Shown here one piece after another: positions 8,146 to 17,758 of a stretch of DNA of 34,928 bases. How positions within the stretch are numbered: position 1 is the stretch's first letter; each line of letters starts with the position of its first letter. The notes under the pieces were generated by a model. It saw nothing but the letters and a program-made list of their open reading frames with translations. It was not told where the DNA came from and did no database searches. The stretch comes from a virus (taxonomy: Duplodnaviria; Caudoviricetes). The stretch lies in IMG/VR virus record IMGVR_UViG_3300020045_002525, positions 1 to 34,928 of that record; one strand, 5' to 3'. The position numbers and the translations under genes were made by a program.

Positions 8146-9363
8146 CTATACATAGTATTTAATTTTTCGTCCCTTTTTGATACGAAATAACTCTTTTAAT
8201 TTTATTCCGTTAATTTCTCTAAATCTCTGAATATTTTCATCACTTGCCAATCCCATATATTTATGAGTAAGTAAAATTAAATTACTATCCTTTGGCAAAT
8301 AAACTATTCTTTCTTGTTGAGCATCAAAAGCTAAATCAAATAAATTAGCAATTGTAAACATTACTAAATCATGTAATTCAGATTGAACAACCGCATTAGG
8401 TTGGTAATTATCTGCAATTTCATAATTAGAAGTACTTGCTTCATCTACTAAATTTTGATAATTAGAAAACAAATCTAAAATAGTATTACTTACATAATCT
8501 ACATCTGAAACAATTAAATAATCAGTTTCAAAATTAAAGTTAACTGCGGCATTACACAAATTAGCTAAACAAGTTGCGCCTTGACTTTCAAAAAACAATT
8601 TATCAGAAACTGAATTAAAACCTCTAAATAAAGTATTGTAAGCAGTTTTATAAGCATTTATTCTTGGCAAAACATCGGTATCATAAAAACTTGGACCACT
8701 CAATAAAGCTTGTGCATCTAAAATAGCTTGGTTTGGATTTTTAAGTAAGTTATCAGCCGACTTTTGAGCCTTTGCAAGTGCATTTTGATAATCTACATTT
8801 GTTTCATCTGATTGAATTGTTTCAAATGATTTTGACACCAAAGCATTGCTTTCTTTATTCTTTTGGATGTCCTCGCTTTTCTGAACATTTTTACTTGAGT
8901 AAGCCAATGCAGAATTTTCCATAACACTATCTCTTTTTACAAGTGTGTTATCTTGAATTGATAAATTACTCTTTGGATAATCAAAAACAATAGACTCCCA
9001 AAAATCTACTGAAATTTCTGTAACATTATAATTGGCATCATTTCTACTTAATGATAATGGTTGCCCTTTTATAACTCCATAAAAAGGATGCGTAACGGTC
9101 CAATAACGATTATCTTTTGCACTATCCTCAAACTCTTGAGCTTGTTCAATATTATCATCACCTTGAAACCAAAATGTTAAAGGAAATTTTCCGCTCTTTG
9201 GCTTTTTACGTTCAACTAAAGACTTTTCAACATCTATAAAATCAAAAGTAGATGCGTTATAATCTATTGATTTTTCTCCTGGCTTCCATAATGGGAAAAA
9301 CTCTTTTCCATCACCAGTTTTAATTGAGAATTTAATATTCTCTATTCGGTTTATCCAGCTCAT
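8146..9363 (-). CDS. Mu gp43-like ('DNA circularisation') baseplate/tube-initiator protein
   Basis: MSWINRI, TVTHPFYG, EISVDFWES; C-terminal LysM/tail-X-like LILLTHKYMG....F.EINGI. Confidence 0.7.
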   Translation of the reverse strand: MSWINRIENIKFSIKTGDGKEFFPLWKPGEKSIDYNASTFDFIDVEKSLVERKKPKSGKFPLTFWFQGDDNIEQAQEFEDSAKDNRYWTVTHPFYGVIKGQPLSLSRNDANYNVTEISVDFWESIVFDYPKSNLSIQDNTLVKRDSVMENSALAYSSKNVQKSEDIQKNKESNALVSKSFETIQSDETNVDYQNALAKAQKSADNLLKNPNQAILDAQALLSGPSFYDTDVLPRINAYKTAYNTLFRGFNSVSDKLFFESQGATCLANLCNAAVNFNFETDYLIVSDVDYVSNTILDLFSNYQNLVDEASTSNYEIADNYQPNAVVQSELHDLVMFTIANLFDLAFDAQQERIVYLPKDSNLILLTHKYMGLASDENIQRFREINGIKLKELFRIKKGRKIKYYV

Positions 9364-10013
9364 CTTAGGTGTTTTTTAAATTGAAATTGAGCATTTTTAT
9401 AATACAACCTATCCATTTGTTTCGACGCTTGCACCGCACTTGGATGAATAAAAGGTTGTGCTTTTACTCGACTTATTTTTGTTTGTCTTACGTTATAAAT
9501 TGGTACTATTTTTGTTTTTGAAACTCGCTCGAAAACAGTTTCTTTTGATCCGTTTTTAATTCTGAAATATTTAGAACCTTGAACTCTTTTTTTAGCAGTA
9601 CCGATTTTATCTAAATTTTTAAATTGATTTTTGGATTTTACTTTTTTACCATAACTTCCAGAAATACGGCCCATATTATGAGGTGTTAATTTTCTACCAT
9701 CAATATTACCTCCTTTTTCTTGAACCGCTAAACCACTTACCAATTTAGGTTGTGATGTTGCATCTAAACCAATTGCGGAACTCATACTACTAACATCCCA
9801 TCCTTTAGCCTTTTCTACTTTTGAAAATCTACTAAACAAGTTTTTTTGTCTAATTGTAAAATTTTCATTTGCCTTTTTTGGAATTAATTTTTTAGACTCA
9901 AAAGCAACATCATTTAAAGTGAAACGAACTGCATTAGGAAAAGCTGAACGATGCAGCTTTTCCAATTTTGCAGTTAGTATAATTGTTGCATCTGTATTAA
10001 CATCTAAACGCAT
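9360..10013 (-). CDS. Neck/tail-completion protein (lambda gpZ / HK97 gp10-like)
   Basis: Basic protein with AVRFTLNDVAFE and KAQPFIHPSA motifs. Start moved to ATG 10013 (MRLDVN) to avoid overlapping the upstream gene. Confidence 0.55.
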   Translation of the reverse strand: MRLDVNTDATIILTAKLEKLHRSAFPNAVRFTLNDVAFESKKLIPKKANENFTIRQKNLFSRFSKVEKAKGWDVSSMSSAIGLDATSQPKLVSGLAVQEKGGNIDGRKLTPHNMGRISGSYGKKVKSKNQFKNLDKIGTAKKRVQGSKYFRIKNGSKETVFERVSKTKIVPIYNVRQTKISRVKAQPFIHPSAVQASKQMDRLYYKNAQFQFKKHLR

Positions 10014-10023
10014 ATTTTTTATT

Positions 10024-11187
10024 TTATGATAATATCCATTTTTTGGCAACCTCACCAGTAGTGAAATAAACCTCACCATTAAATCGGAATAGTTGACCGT
10101 TAACACTTGGTAAAAACATTATTTCAGTTTTAACTCCAGTTGTTAGATTAAATTTATTTAATTGACCGGCAACAAACGTATATAAAAATCCATTTTCAAT
10201 TACGGCATTTGTTGTTTTTACAAATGTAGCATCTATTGGAGTCATTGAAACATCAATAAAAGTTCCTGAAATATTTCTTTCAAATTTAGTAATTAAAAAA
10301 TCATCAGAATTAAATCCAGAATCATTTGTAAGATAAGTATTTCCATCTATGTCCATATAACAATAAGGACTATAAGCATCTGTAATCGGACTCACAAAGC
10401 CTCTATCATAAATATTATCAAAATCATTGATATCAATATCATAAAAAGCACCAAATGACTCTGTTGGAGAAAGGTAAAAAGTAGCAAAACAAACTAAAAA
10501 CCCATTATGAACAAATATATCATGAAGTATTAAAGTTGCATCAGATTGCCACACTCTTAATCTTTGTTGAATTTCATCAGCACTTGGTAAATCCGACATA
10601 AAATATCCATTCTCCTTATAATACATAATATTTGTATCATTAAAAGCAATTGGACTTCCTAATGGAGTGAATACCGTATCTGAAACTTCAATTAATTTAT
10701 TTAAAGAATAAGCTTTTACACCATCTGTATCGATAATAATAATAACCTCCTCGCCAGAATTAAAACCTAATGAATTAAAAGGCAATTCTAACTCTCCAAT
10801 ACCTTTAAAAGTATAAGTTTCTGTACTTACATAAGTATCTGTTACTTGACCAAAACAAACAAATTTATTAGGTAAATATGTTAAATCCAAAGGCAAACTC
10901 CAAACCGTGCCACTTAACTCTAAAACATGATTTATATCGTTTATTTCATTTGGTAACTTTTTTAATGCTTCAACTATTTGATATTGAGTTTCATCATTAT
11001 CCTCTGTTCCAGTTGGAGCAACACCAGTAACCTCTAACAATTTATAACTATTCATTAATTGATCCGAATATAATTCACGAACAACTGGAGTTCCATCAAT
11101 TATATCTGTTTCATTTTGAATATTCGCACCAAAAGGATACTTAACATTAGTATCCTTTGCAATTGGTAAACTTCCTAATACTTTCAT
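10024..11187 (-). CDS. Tail fibre/receptor-binding protein 2
   Basis: N-terminus paralogous to 11200-12243 (YP...I......DGTPV....Y.D....KL....G......DN....YQ..EALK); acidic beta-rich C-terminus. Confidence 0.6.
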   Translation of the reverse strand: MKVLGSLPIAKDTNVKYPFGANIQNETDIIDGTPVVRELYSDQLMNSYKLLEVTGVAPTGTEDNDETQYQIVEALKKLPNEINDINHVLELSGTVWSLPLDLTYLPNKFVCFGQVTDTYVSTETYTFKGIGELELPFNSLGFNSGEEVIIIIDTDGVKAYSLNKLIEVSDTVFTPLGSPIAFNDTNIMYYKENGYFMSDLPSADEIQQRLRVWQSDATLILHDIFVHNGFLVCFATFYLSPTESFGAFYDIDINDFDNIYDRGFVSPITDAYSPYCYMDIDGNTYLTNDSGFNSDDFLITKFERNISGTFIDVSMTPIDATFVKTTNAVIENGFLYTFVAGQLNKFNLTTGVKTEIMFLPSVNGQLFRFNGEVYFTTGEVAKKWILS

Positions 11188-11199
11188 ATATCTTAAATT

Positions 11200-12243
11200 T
11201 TATAATTGTTCTACTTCAAAATGAATTTTTATATTTTGATTTTCTGTTGCAGTTTGTGCTATACACATTTCAAATTGAGTTGTGCTAACTGGCTTAAATA
11301 TCGGAACACTAACATGAACATCCGAAATAATATTAGAACTATTTGATTGAACATACATTTTAACAATGTAATTTGTGTTTGACATAGCATTAGCCATATT
11401 AACAACTACTTTTGATGCATTACCAGCAACATTTGAAGCCGTTGCTGAAGAAATATCCCCACTAACAACTAAAGCACCTATCGTATCATTTACATCTAAT
11501 CCACTAATAAAACCTTTATTTATAATGGTGTTTGTAATTCCATCAATAATAACCTTATCCGCAGCACTTAATAAACCATTTTGACTTATACTCGCTAAAT
11601 AAGAACCAGAATCAACCCCGTTTACTCTACGTGCAAAAACAGTTTTATTTGTTAATGGTGTTGTAGCAAATAAATCAGACGTTCCAGTATTTTCAGTTGC
11701 TTGGCTTGTTTTCTTCAAATACAATAATTCACTAATTGCTAAATCTAAATTAACAGAATCAACTAAACGTACTAATAAAATAGTTGAGCCCGTTTTAATT
11801 AATCTAACGTACTCATTTGTTTTAAACGCTCCAATGTTAGCAAAAACAATAATCGCATTATCTGAGCCTTTAATTTGAGTTTCTGCTCCTAAATCTACTG
11901 AACTCTTACAAATCAAACTTTCATTATTTTGCATCAATCCGATTTTAGCAGAAACAGTTAAAACTCCAGAAACAGAACTTAAATTTTGAATGTAATTATT
12001 TTTACTCGCAAATTCTTTTAACGCCTCAATAGTTTGATATTGGTTTGTTTCATTATCTGGTAAATTATTCTCGGTCAATCCAGCCAACCTTTTTAACTTT
12101 AAAAAGAATTGAACAACATCACCATAAACTCGCTCGTTTACTGGAGTACCATCACCAGTTCCAGAATTATCTTTTATTCTTGCATCTGGATAATTTACTA
12201 AATCTGAATTATCCACATTTGGATTATCACTAAATTTTCTCAT
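11200..12243 (-). CDS. Tail fibre protein 1
   Basis: Directly after the gp48-like gene; DGTPV-type baseplate-anchor N-terminus; C-terminal AMSNTNYIV...STTQF small beta domain typical of fibre tips. Confidence 0.7.
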   Translation of the reverse strand: MRKFSDNPNVDNSDLVNYPDARIKDNSGTGDGTPVNERVYGDVVQFFLKLKRLAGLTENNLPDNETNQYQTIEALKEFASKNNYIQNLSSVSGVLTVSAKIGLMQNNESLICKSSVDLGAETQIKGSDNAIIVFANIGAFKTNEYVRLIKTGSTILLVRLVDSVNLDLAISELLYLKKTSQATENTGTSDLFATTPLTNKTVFARRVNGVDSGSYLASISQNGLLSAADKVIIDGITNTIINKGFISGLDVNDTIGALVVSGDISSATASNVAGNASKVVVNMANAMSNTNYIVKMYVQSNSSNIISDVHVSVPIFKPVSTTQFEMCIAQTATENQNIKIHFEVEQL

Positions 12244-12261
12244 TTTTATTTTTTTTCAAAG

Positions 12262-13047
12262 TTAAACATAATTCACGAATGTAAAAGCAACTGTGTGAGC
12301 TGGCTTTAATTTTAATACTAATTCCTTAAATTCTAATATTCTACTCGATGGAATATTTGCAACCTCACCAAGTACCTCACCACCAATAAAAAAAGTAGCC
12401 CACAAATTACCAGAACCTACCGAAAAACTTTCACTAATAACATTCTCATTAGCTATAACATCGTAACTACTAAATCCGTGTTGAGTTCCTAATCCATGTT
12501 GAGTATCACCACCGTGTTGAACCAAATCCAAACTAATAGCAATTACATCGTCTGGAGTTTTATATGGAAATAAATTCTCATGAACCCAAACATTAAATCC
12601 AGCTAATTGCAATTGACTTTCAATAAAAATTCTACTTTGTCTGGCTTTTATATTACTTGGAAAAGACATTTTTCTTAATATCGTTTGTCGTCTAAACTCT
12701 AAACTTAAACTCGGATTTGTAACCAACCCCAAACGATACTCCCATAACTCACAATCATTAATATCAAAATTTACAGTATCTGGAAAAACTGAATTTATAG
12801 TAGCTTCACAATCTTCTACAATTCTTATAAAACTCCGATTTATAGCATTATGTAAATTATCAAAAACACCATTTTTTTGCATCCACCACGCTCTACCAGT
12901 TGGATATAATTGACGTGATAAACCACTAATTATATCAATTAAACTTTCACCAGGAGCAGTAGGCATACGATGTGGCGTATTAACTCCGTGAGGTGTGTTT
13001 AATCCGTGTTTTGTACTATTATTTGTTACCTCATACATACTATGCAA
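12262..13047 (-). CDS. Baseplate wedge protein (Mu gp48/DUF2313-like); true start possibly 13038
   Basis: QLYPTGRAW, WEYRLGL....LE.RR..IL.K and C-terminal KLKPAHT motifs. Confidence 0.8.
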   Translation of the reverse strand: MHSMYEVTNNSTKHGLNTPHGVNTPHRMPTAPGESLIDIISGLSRQLYPTGRAWWMQKNGVFDNLHNAINRSFIRIVEDCEATINSVFPDTVNFDINDCELWEYRLGLVTNPSLSLEFRRQTILRKMSFPSNIKARQSRIFIESQLQLAGFNVWVHENLFPYKTPDDVIAISLDLVQHGGDTQHGLGTQHGFSSYDVIANENVISESFSVGSGNLWATFFIGGEVLGEVANIPSSRILEFKELVLKLKPAHTVAFTFVNYV

Positions 13048-14215
13048 ATGTTAAGTTTCTTAAATATGGAATAAATCCTAAATTAAACTCAGAACTCAAA
13101 ACCTCAACACCATTAACTTCCATAATCAATGTGTTGAAAAAATTAGAACTATCTAAAACATCAGTAACAACACTCTGCAATCTGGCTTGGTATAAAATAT
13201 CGTTTTTATCTCTTGGTAAATCAGCACCAGAAACATAAGGCCTTACATCGTACAAAAATGTTTTTATATTTTCTTCAATAGCACTTTGAACAGATGCACC
13301 AGAATCAATCAATCCATTAATTGTAACATCAACTGGAACAATCTCAATTTGAAAAGTTTCTACATTTGCCTGAATAGGACGTCGACCTCTTTCATTTAAT
13401 GGTTTAGTATCGTCTGGATCAAAATTAATAACTTCTAAAACATTATCTAATAAAGTTATATCTGGAGTTCCATTTCCATCAGTACTATCTGCAATTGTAG
13501 CCTCTACATAAACATCAACAAATCCAGCATCGTCATTTCTAACATAAGGATAAACTTTTCTTACTCCTTGAGCATCTGCACTCCATAAACGATAATCTGT
13601 TTTACTTCCACCTTGAGGCTCTAACTGAATCGCATCTAAAATAGATTGTCTATAAACTTCAATATCCTCACTTGATCTTGGTTGTTCAATTATTTCATCA
13701 ACAATAACTAAATTATTAACTCCTAAAACTGGCTCAGTAATTGTTAATTCATCATTTACATTTAAATCAAAATTAGTTCCACCACCCAAAGAACGCACTT
13801 CAATAATATCATCAGTTCCGGTTAAAGTGTATTCATTATCTAAAACATATAATTGACTTGGATTTAAAGAGTTTTCATTTGATTTAAAAGTTAATCCACT
13901 ACGTAAAACAGCACTTGCAGTTCCAGTTACTTCTAAATTGAAAATACCAGCAGTTGCTGGTCTTGGATTTCTGTTCAAATAAATACGGCCTAAACGCTCC
14001 AAAGTACCGCCGTTTTCTTCAATTGTTGCCGTATCTGGAAATATTTCATTTTGAATATCTGATAAATACAAATACACTAATTTGAATTGAGCGGCCAAAA
14101 CACTATCAAAAGCATCTAAAACATATTTCAATTCCGTAGGAGCTAAATTTAATTTTGATTTAAAATCGTTTTCTAACGCATCTTTTAAATCGTTAATACT
14201 TGGTATCTCTCTCAT
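13040..14215 (-). CDS. Baseplate J-like protein (Mu gp47-like)
   Basis: IFPDTA....LERLG....R.PAT, E..E.YR..I......PQGGS..DY..W...GV..VY motifs. Confidence 0.9.
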   Translation of the reverse strand: MREIPSINDLKDALENDFKSKLNLAPTELKYVLDAFDSVLAAQFKLVYLYLSDIQNEIFPDTATIEENGGTLERLGRIYLNRNPRPATAGIFNLEVTGTASAVLRSGLTFKSNENSLNPSQLYVLDNEYTLTGTDDIIEVRSLGGGTNFDLNVNDELTITEPVLGVNNLVIVDEIIEQPRSSEDIEVYRQSILDAIQLEPQGGSKTDYRLWSADAQGVRKVYPYVRNDDAGFVDVYVEATIADSTDGNGTPDITLLDNVLEVINFDPDDTKPLNERGRRPIQANVETFQIEIVPVDVTINGLIDSGASVQSAIEENIKTFLYDVRPYVSGADLPRDKNDILYQARLQSVVTDVLDSSNFFNTLIMEVNGVEVLSSEFNLGFIPYLRNLTFA

Positions 14216-14220
14216 TTTTT

Positions 14221-14700
14221 CTAAATTGTTTTTTCAATTATTAATTCGCCTTTGGCATTGTCATAAACTAATTGCAATACTCTATTTTCTTGACTTCCTT
14301 TTTGTGTAAAGTTAACAATTATTCTAATATGATTTGTCCCAACAAATTCAACATCAACTTTATAATTCAATAAAATAGTTAAATAACTTAAATCCTCATT
14401 TACTGATTGAATTATTCTCAAACGCCCAGAAGTATTTAAAACAACACTTTGCAATTCGCGTTCAGTATTAGAATTAAATTGTTTTATCTGAGTTTGAGCA
14501 AAAAACAAAGGATTTGCCCAATAATCAAACCGTTCCTCACTAACTAATTCATTACCTATAGTATTCGCCTCAATATTGCCACCAAACAAAGCTAAATACA
14601 CTTGTTGAAATAATACCTCGCCCATTAATAAATCATTTGAAACGATGGCCATTTCGCCACCGCTTCCTGATTCATGTAAATTTATATCTTTTGTGTTCAT
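14221..14700 (-). CDS. Baseplate wedge/sheath initiator (Mu gp46-like)
   Basis: DLLMGE.LFQQVYLALFGG, DYWAN, EDLSYL; position before the J-like gene. Confidence 0.7.
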   Translation of the reverse strand: MNTKDINLHESGSGGEMAIVSNDLLMGEVLFQQVYLALFGGNIEANTIGNELVSEERFDYWANPLFFAQTQIKQFNSNTERELQSVVLNTSGRLRIIQSVNEDLSYLTILLNYKVDVEFVGTNHIRIIVNFTQKGSQENRVLQLVYDNAKGELIIEKTI

Positions 14701-14715
14701 AAATTTAAAATTTAA

Positions 14716-16590
14716 TTATTTACCAAATGCCCCTTGAGTTGGAGAAACTACAACTGGAATACCACCGCTATAAGTACTTGAAGTTTTGGCCTGAGCGCCA
14801 CCTTTAGCACTTACATCAATATTAACTTTACCATTAACACTCGCATTTGCAGTAGCCTTAGCTTGTTTACTCTCTGGAGCTTCTAAAGTTCCCATACTCT
14901 CACGCATAGCCTTTATTTTTTCAGCACCTCCACCGGCTAAATCGCCCATACCTGGTATTTTAGCTAATAACTCTAACAACTGCTGAACTGGCATCAAAAT
15001 AGCATCTAATAAAACCTTTCCAATTGCTTTAATTCCTCCTAAAACACCACCAGTAGTAAATGCTTGAGTTACCATTTCCCAATTACGTCTAAAACTTTGA
15101 ATTAATGAAATAACTAATCCTAACGGACCCATAAATATTGCAACTGCAGCACCCCAATCATTCCATTTAGTAATTATTAAAGCAATAAATCCAATTAAAG
15201 CAACAACACCAGCAATTATTAATCCGATTGGATTTGCCCACATAGCCGCATTCCATAACCATTGTGCAACAGTAACCGCCTTTGCGGCATTCGAATAAAG
15301 AAACATAACTCCTTGAAATATACTTGTAACAATTGTAACTCCTTTAATTATTCCAGACATAACCAATAACGCAATACCAACATTTGCAATAGTCGTTATT
15401 AATCCAGGATTATCATTTGCCCATTTTCCAAACTTTTCAATAATAGGAACTACCTTATCAATTAACTTGCTTAAAATTGGTGCTAATTGTGTACCTACAG
15501 TAATTGAAAGAGCCTCCATGTTGTTTTTAGCCATTTCAATTTTACCAGCCATGGTATCATTCTTTTTAGCAGCTTCAGCATTTATAGAAGTTCCATCCGC
15601 AAATGCTTTATTTGAAATACCTTGAACCTTTGCAAGTTTTTCATAACCACTACCCAAAGCACCAACAACCTTAATAGTTTCTTGAGATCCTATTTTTAAA
15701 TTATCTAAAGTCATTGCCAATTCACGTGGCTTTAATTTATTTAATGATTTTGCAAAAGTTGTAGCAAATTTTGTAGGATCAGTAGAATATAATTTATTTG
15801 CACTTTCAACAGTCATTCCCATTTGTTGAGCAAAACCAGTCATATTTTTACCCGCAACTAAAATCAAATTAGAAAAACCACCAGCCGCTATTTCAGCACT
15901 TAATCCAGCATCTTCTAAAAATCCACCTAATGCAGCAGATGATTGTATACTTGGTTTCATGGCATCTGGCAAAGCACCAATACGTAACATAAAATCATTA
16001 ATGTTTTTAGCACTACCAGCACTATTTGAAACCTCATTAATTGCACTACCAGCCTTAGTCATAGAAGTAGCAATATCAATGCCTCTTGTTTCTTTAAAAA
16101 GGTTTTTCAATTTTGCCACTTGCTCAACTGCAAACTCAGTACTACCAAAATCAGAACCTAAAGCGATTGCAAATTGATTTCCAGCCTTTGTAAATGCTAT
16201 TAATTCATCTTTTGCGACTCCAATTGTTCCAGCAACTACTCCAATATCTTGCAATTGGCTTATACTTGTACGGGTCTTTTTAGACATATCTAAAATAGCT
16301 TTACCATAAGCCTCGCTCTCAGCAGTATTTAATCCAGTTGTTTTAGCAACGTCAGACATCTTATCCTCAAACTTAATAGCCGAGTTAACCGCAACACCCA
16401 TAGGCGCTAAAATAGCCGTTCCAGCCATTGCCATATTACCAGCAACAACATTAGCCTTTGCATTAAATCTATCAATTGCAGCAGTAGCAGTATTACCGAA
16501 GTTTTTAGTTCCAGCAGTCATTTTTTGTACAACACTACTAAACTTATCTATTGCGACAAACTCGGTAGGTATTCTCATTGTAGATGCCAT
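14716..16590 (-). CDS. Tape measure protein (TP901-family core), 624 aa
   Basis: AIKFEDKMSDVAKTT, Ala/Gly-rich, WNAAMWANPIGLII motif; follows the chaperones. Confidence 0.9.
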   Translation of the reverse strand: MASTMRIPTEFVAIDKFSSVVQKMTAGTKNFGNTATAAIDRFNAKANVVAGNMAMAGTAILAPMGVAVNSAIKFEDKMSDVAKTTGLNTAESEAYGKAILDMSKKTRTSISQLQDIGVVAGTIGVAKDELIAFTKAGNQFAIALGSDFGSTEFAVEQVAKLKNLFKETRGIDIATSMTKAGSAINEVSNSAGSAKNINDFMLRIGALPDAMKPSIQSSAALGGFLEDAGLSAEIAAGGFSNLILVAGKNMTGFAQQMGMTVESANKLYSTDPTKFATTFAKSLNKLKPRELAMTLDNLKIGSQETIKVVGALGSGYEKLAKVQGISNKAFADGTSINAEAAKKNDTMAGKIEMAKNNMEALSITVGTQLAPILSKLIDKVVPIIEKFGKWANDNPGLITTIANVGIALLVMSGIIKGVTIVTSIFQGVMFLYSNAAKAVTVAQWLWNAAMWANPIGLIIAGVVALIGFIALIITKWNDWGAAVAIFMGPLGLVISLIQSFRRNWEMVTQAFTTGGVLGGIKAIGKVLLDAILMPVQQLLELLAKIPGMGDLAGGGAEKIKAMRESMGTLEAPESKQAKATANASVNGKVNIDVSAKGGAQAKTSSTYSGGIPVVVSPTQGAFGK

Positions 16591-16610
16591 ACGTTTTACT
16601 TTTTTTAATT

Positions 16611-16658
16611 AAAAAGAAAAGCCCTTAATAACTATTTTATAACTATTAAAGGCTTTTT
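16611..16658 (-). terminator. Intrinsic terminator/attenuator before the tape measure gene
   Basis: Minus RNA AAAAGCCUUUAAUAGUUA...UAGUUAUUAAGGGCUUUU-CUUUUU. Confidence 0.7.
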
Positions 16659-16673
16659 CTCACATCTTATTTT

Positions 16674-16850
16674 TTAAATATTATCCATACTCTTTGAAAC
16701 TTCTATTGCTACATCATACCAGTAAACAATACCTTTAAAATCGAAATCATCGCAGTATAAATCATCAATTACTTGAGGTGTCCATTTGAAGTATTTTACT
16801 AATGCTTTCATAGCATTTTGTAAACTTTCTCCCAAAGTCCACCTTACATA
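16674..16850 (-). CDS. Tail assembly chaperone, frameshift extension (gpGT / P2 E+E'-like)
   Basis: Open -1 frame overlapping the chaperone end; YFKWTPQVIDDL resembles P2 E'-type extensions. Confidence 0.65.
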   Translation of the reverse strand, partial: YVRWTLGESLQNAMKALVKYFKWTPQVIDDLYCDDFDFKGIVYWYDVAIEVSKSMDNI

Positions 16851-17263
16851 AAAACTGGAGTTAATTCTTGAATTAATGCCCAATCCTTTTTGCTTAAATT
16901 GTCTAACTCATTAATTGAAGCAACCCCAATAATATGAGCAATTAAAACTAAAGAATATTTAACGGCATCTGTTTTTAAATCGATTCCCTTTGCTAAGGTA
17001 GCAGTTGAAGTTGGTTTAACTCTTGTTTTAAATCTCAACTCATTTTGTTTAAATTCAATTGACTCCGCATTTAAAGGTTCAATCAAAGTATAAACTGGAG
17101 TTAAATCCTTTTCAAAAGATAAACGACCACACATAACCGCATCTAAAGTTTTTGGATAATTCTCTTTTACATTAATTTCTCCATCCACAAAATTTAATAA
17201 ATATTCGTGAATTTCATTTGAGGCTAATTCCTCACTAATAACTGGTTTAGTTTTTGTTGACAT
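16844..17263 (-). CDS. Tail assembly chaperone (gpG-like)
   Basis: Between tube and tape measure genes; C-terminal LDNLSKKDW..IQEL..VF. Confidence 0.75.
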   Translation of the reverse strand: MSTKTKPVISEELASNEIHEYLLNFVDGEINVKENYPKTLDAVMCGRLSFEKDLTPVYTLIEPLNAESIEFKQNELRFKTRVKPTSTATLAKGIDLKTDAVKYSLVLIAHIIGVASINELDNLSKKDWALIQELTPVFM

Positions 17264-17294
17264 AATAATCTGTTTTTTTTGTTTTTGTTTGTAG

Positions 17295-17325
17295 AAAAAC
17301 CAACCCTTGTAATTAAGGGTTGGTT
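17295..17325 (-). terminator. Intrinsic terminator after the tail tube gene (possibly bidirectional)
   Basis: Perfect 11-bp stem AACCAACCCTT/AAGGGTTGGTT, 6-nt loop, T tracts on both sides. Confidence 0.8.
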
Positions 17326-17332
17326 ATTTTTT

Positions 17333-17740
17333 TTATAATCTTTCTAATTTACCACCACCACTAACTTTTAAAGTCATTTGAGCAGTATTTGTACTCGGTT
17401 GTAAATCACCTACTGGCTTTCCTTTTCCTTTCCAAATTGTTCCAGAAATATGCGAAATAGTCCAAGTACCCTCGTCTGGATGTTCCGCCAATCTGTTTAA
17501 TGCATTCTGTTCAGTACCAGCCTTAAAATCAATTGCAATTGGTCCCTCCAACATCCAACGAACTCTATTTTTTTGATAGATTGCTTGTCCGTTTCCAGTG
17601 ATTTGATTAGCATCATCATTTATTCTGATACCTCCCTCGTCAATATTGAAATCCTCATTTGATTTTGTCGCAAATCTGAACTCTCCTAATGTATGTTGGC
17701 ATACTAACTCTGTAATATCGCCTCCTAAAAATCTTGCCAT
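17333..17740 (-). CDS. Tail tube protein
   Basis: 135-aa beta-rich protein directly after the sheath gene. Confidence 0.75.
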   Translation of the reverse strand: MARFLGGDITELVCQHTLGEFRFATKSNEDFNIDEGGIRINDDANQITGNGQAIYQKNRVRWMLEGPIAIDFKAGTEQNALNRLAEHPDEGTWTISHISGTIWKGKGKPVGDLQPSTNTAQMTLKVSGGGKLERL

Positions 17741-17758
17741 TTTCTTACTTTTTAAAAA

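Noticed and set aside
10024-12243. Diversity-generating retroelement or invertible fibre locus
   Set aside because: No reverse transcriptase, invertase, adenine-variant repeat pair or flanking inverted repeats were seen by eye.
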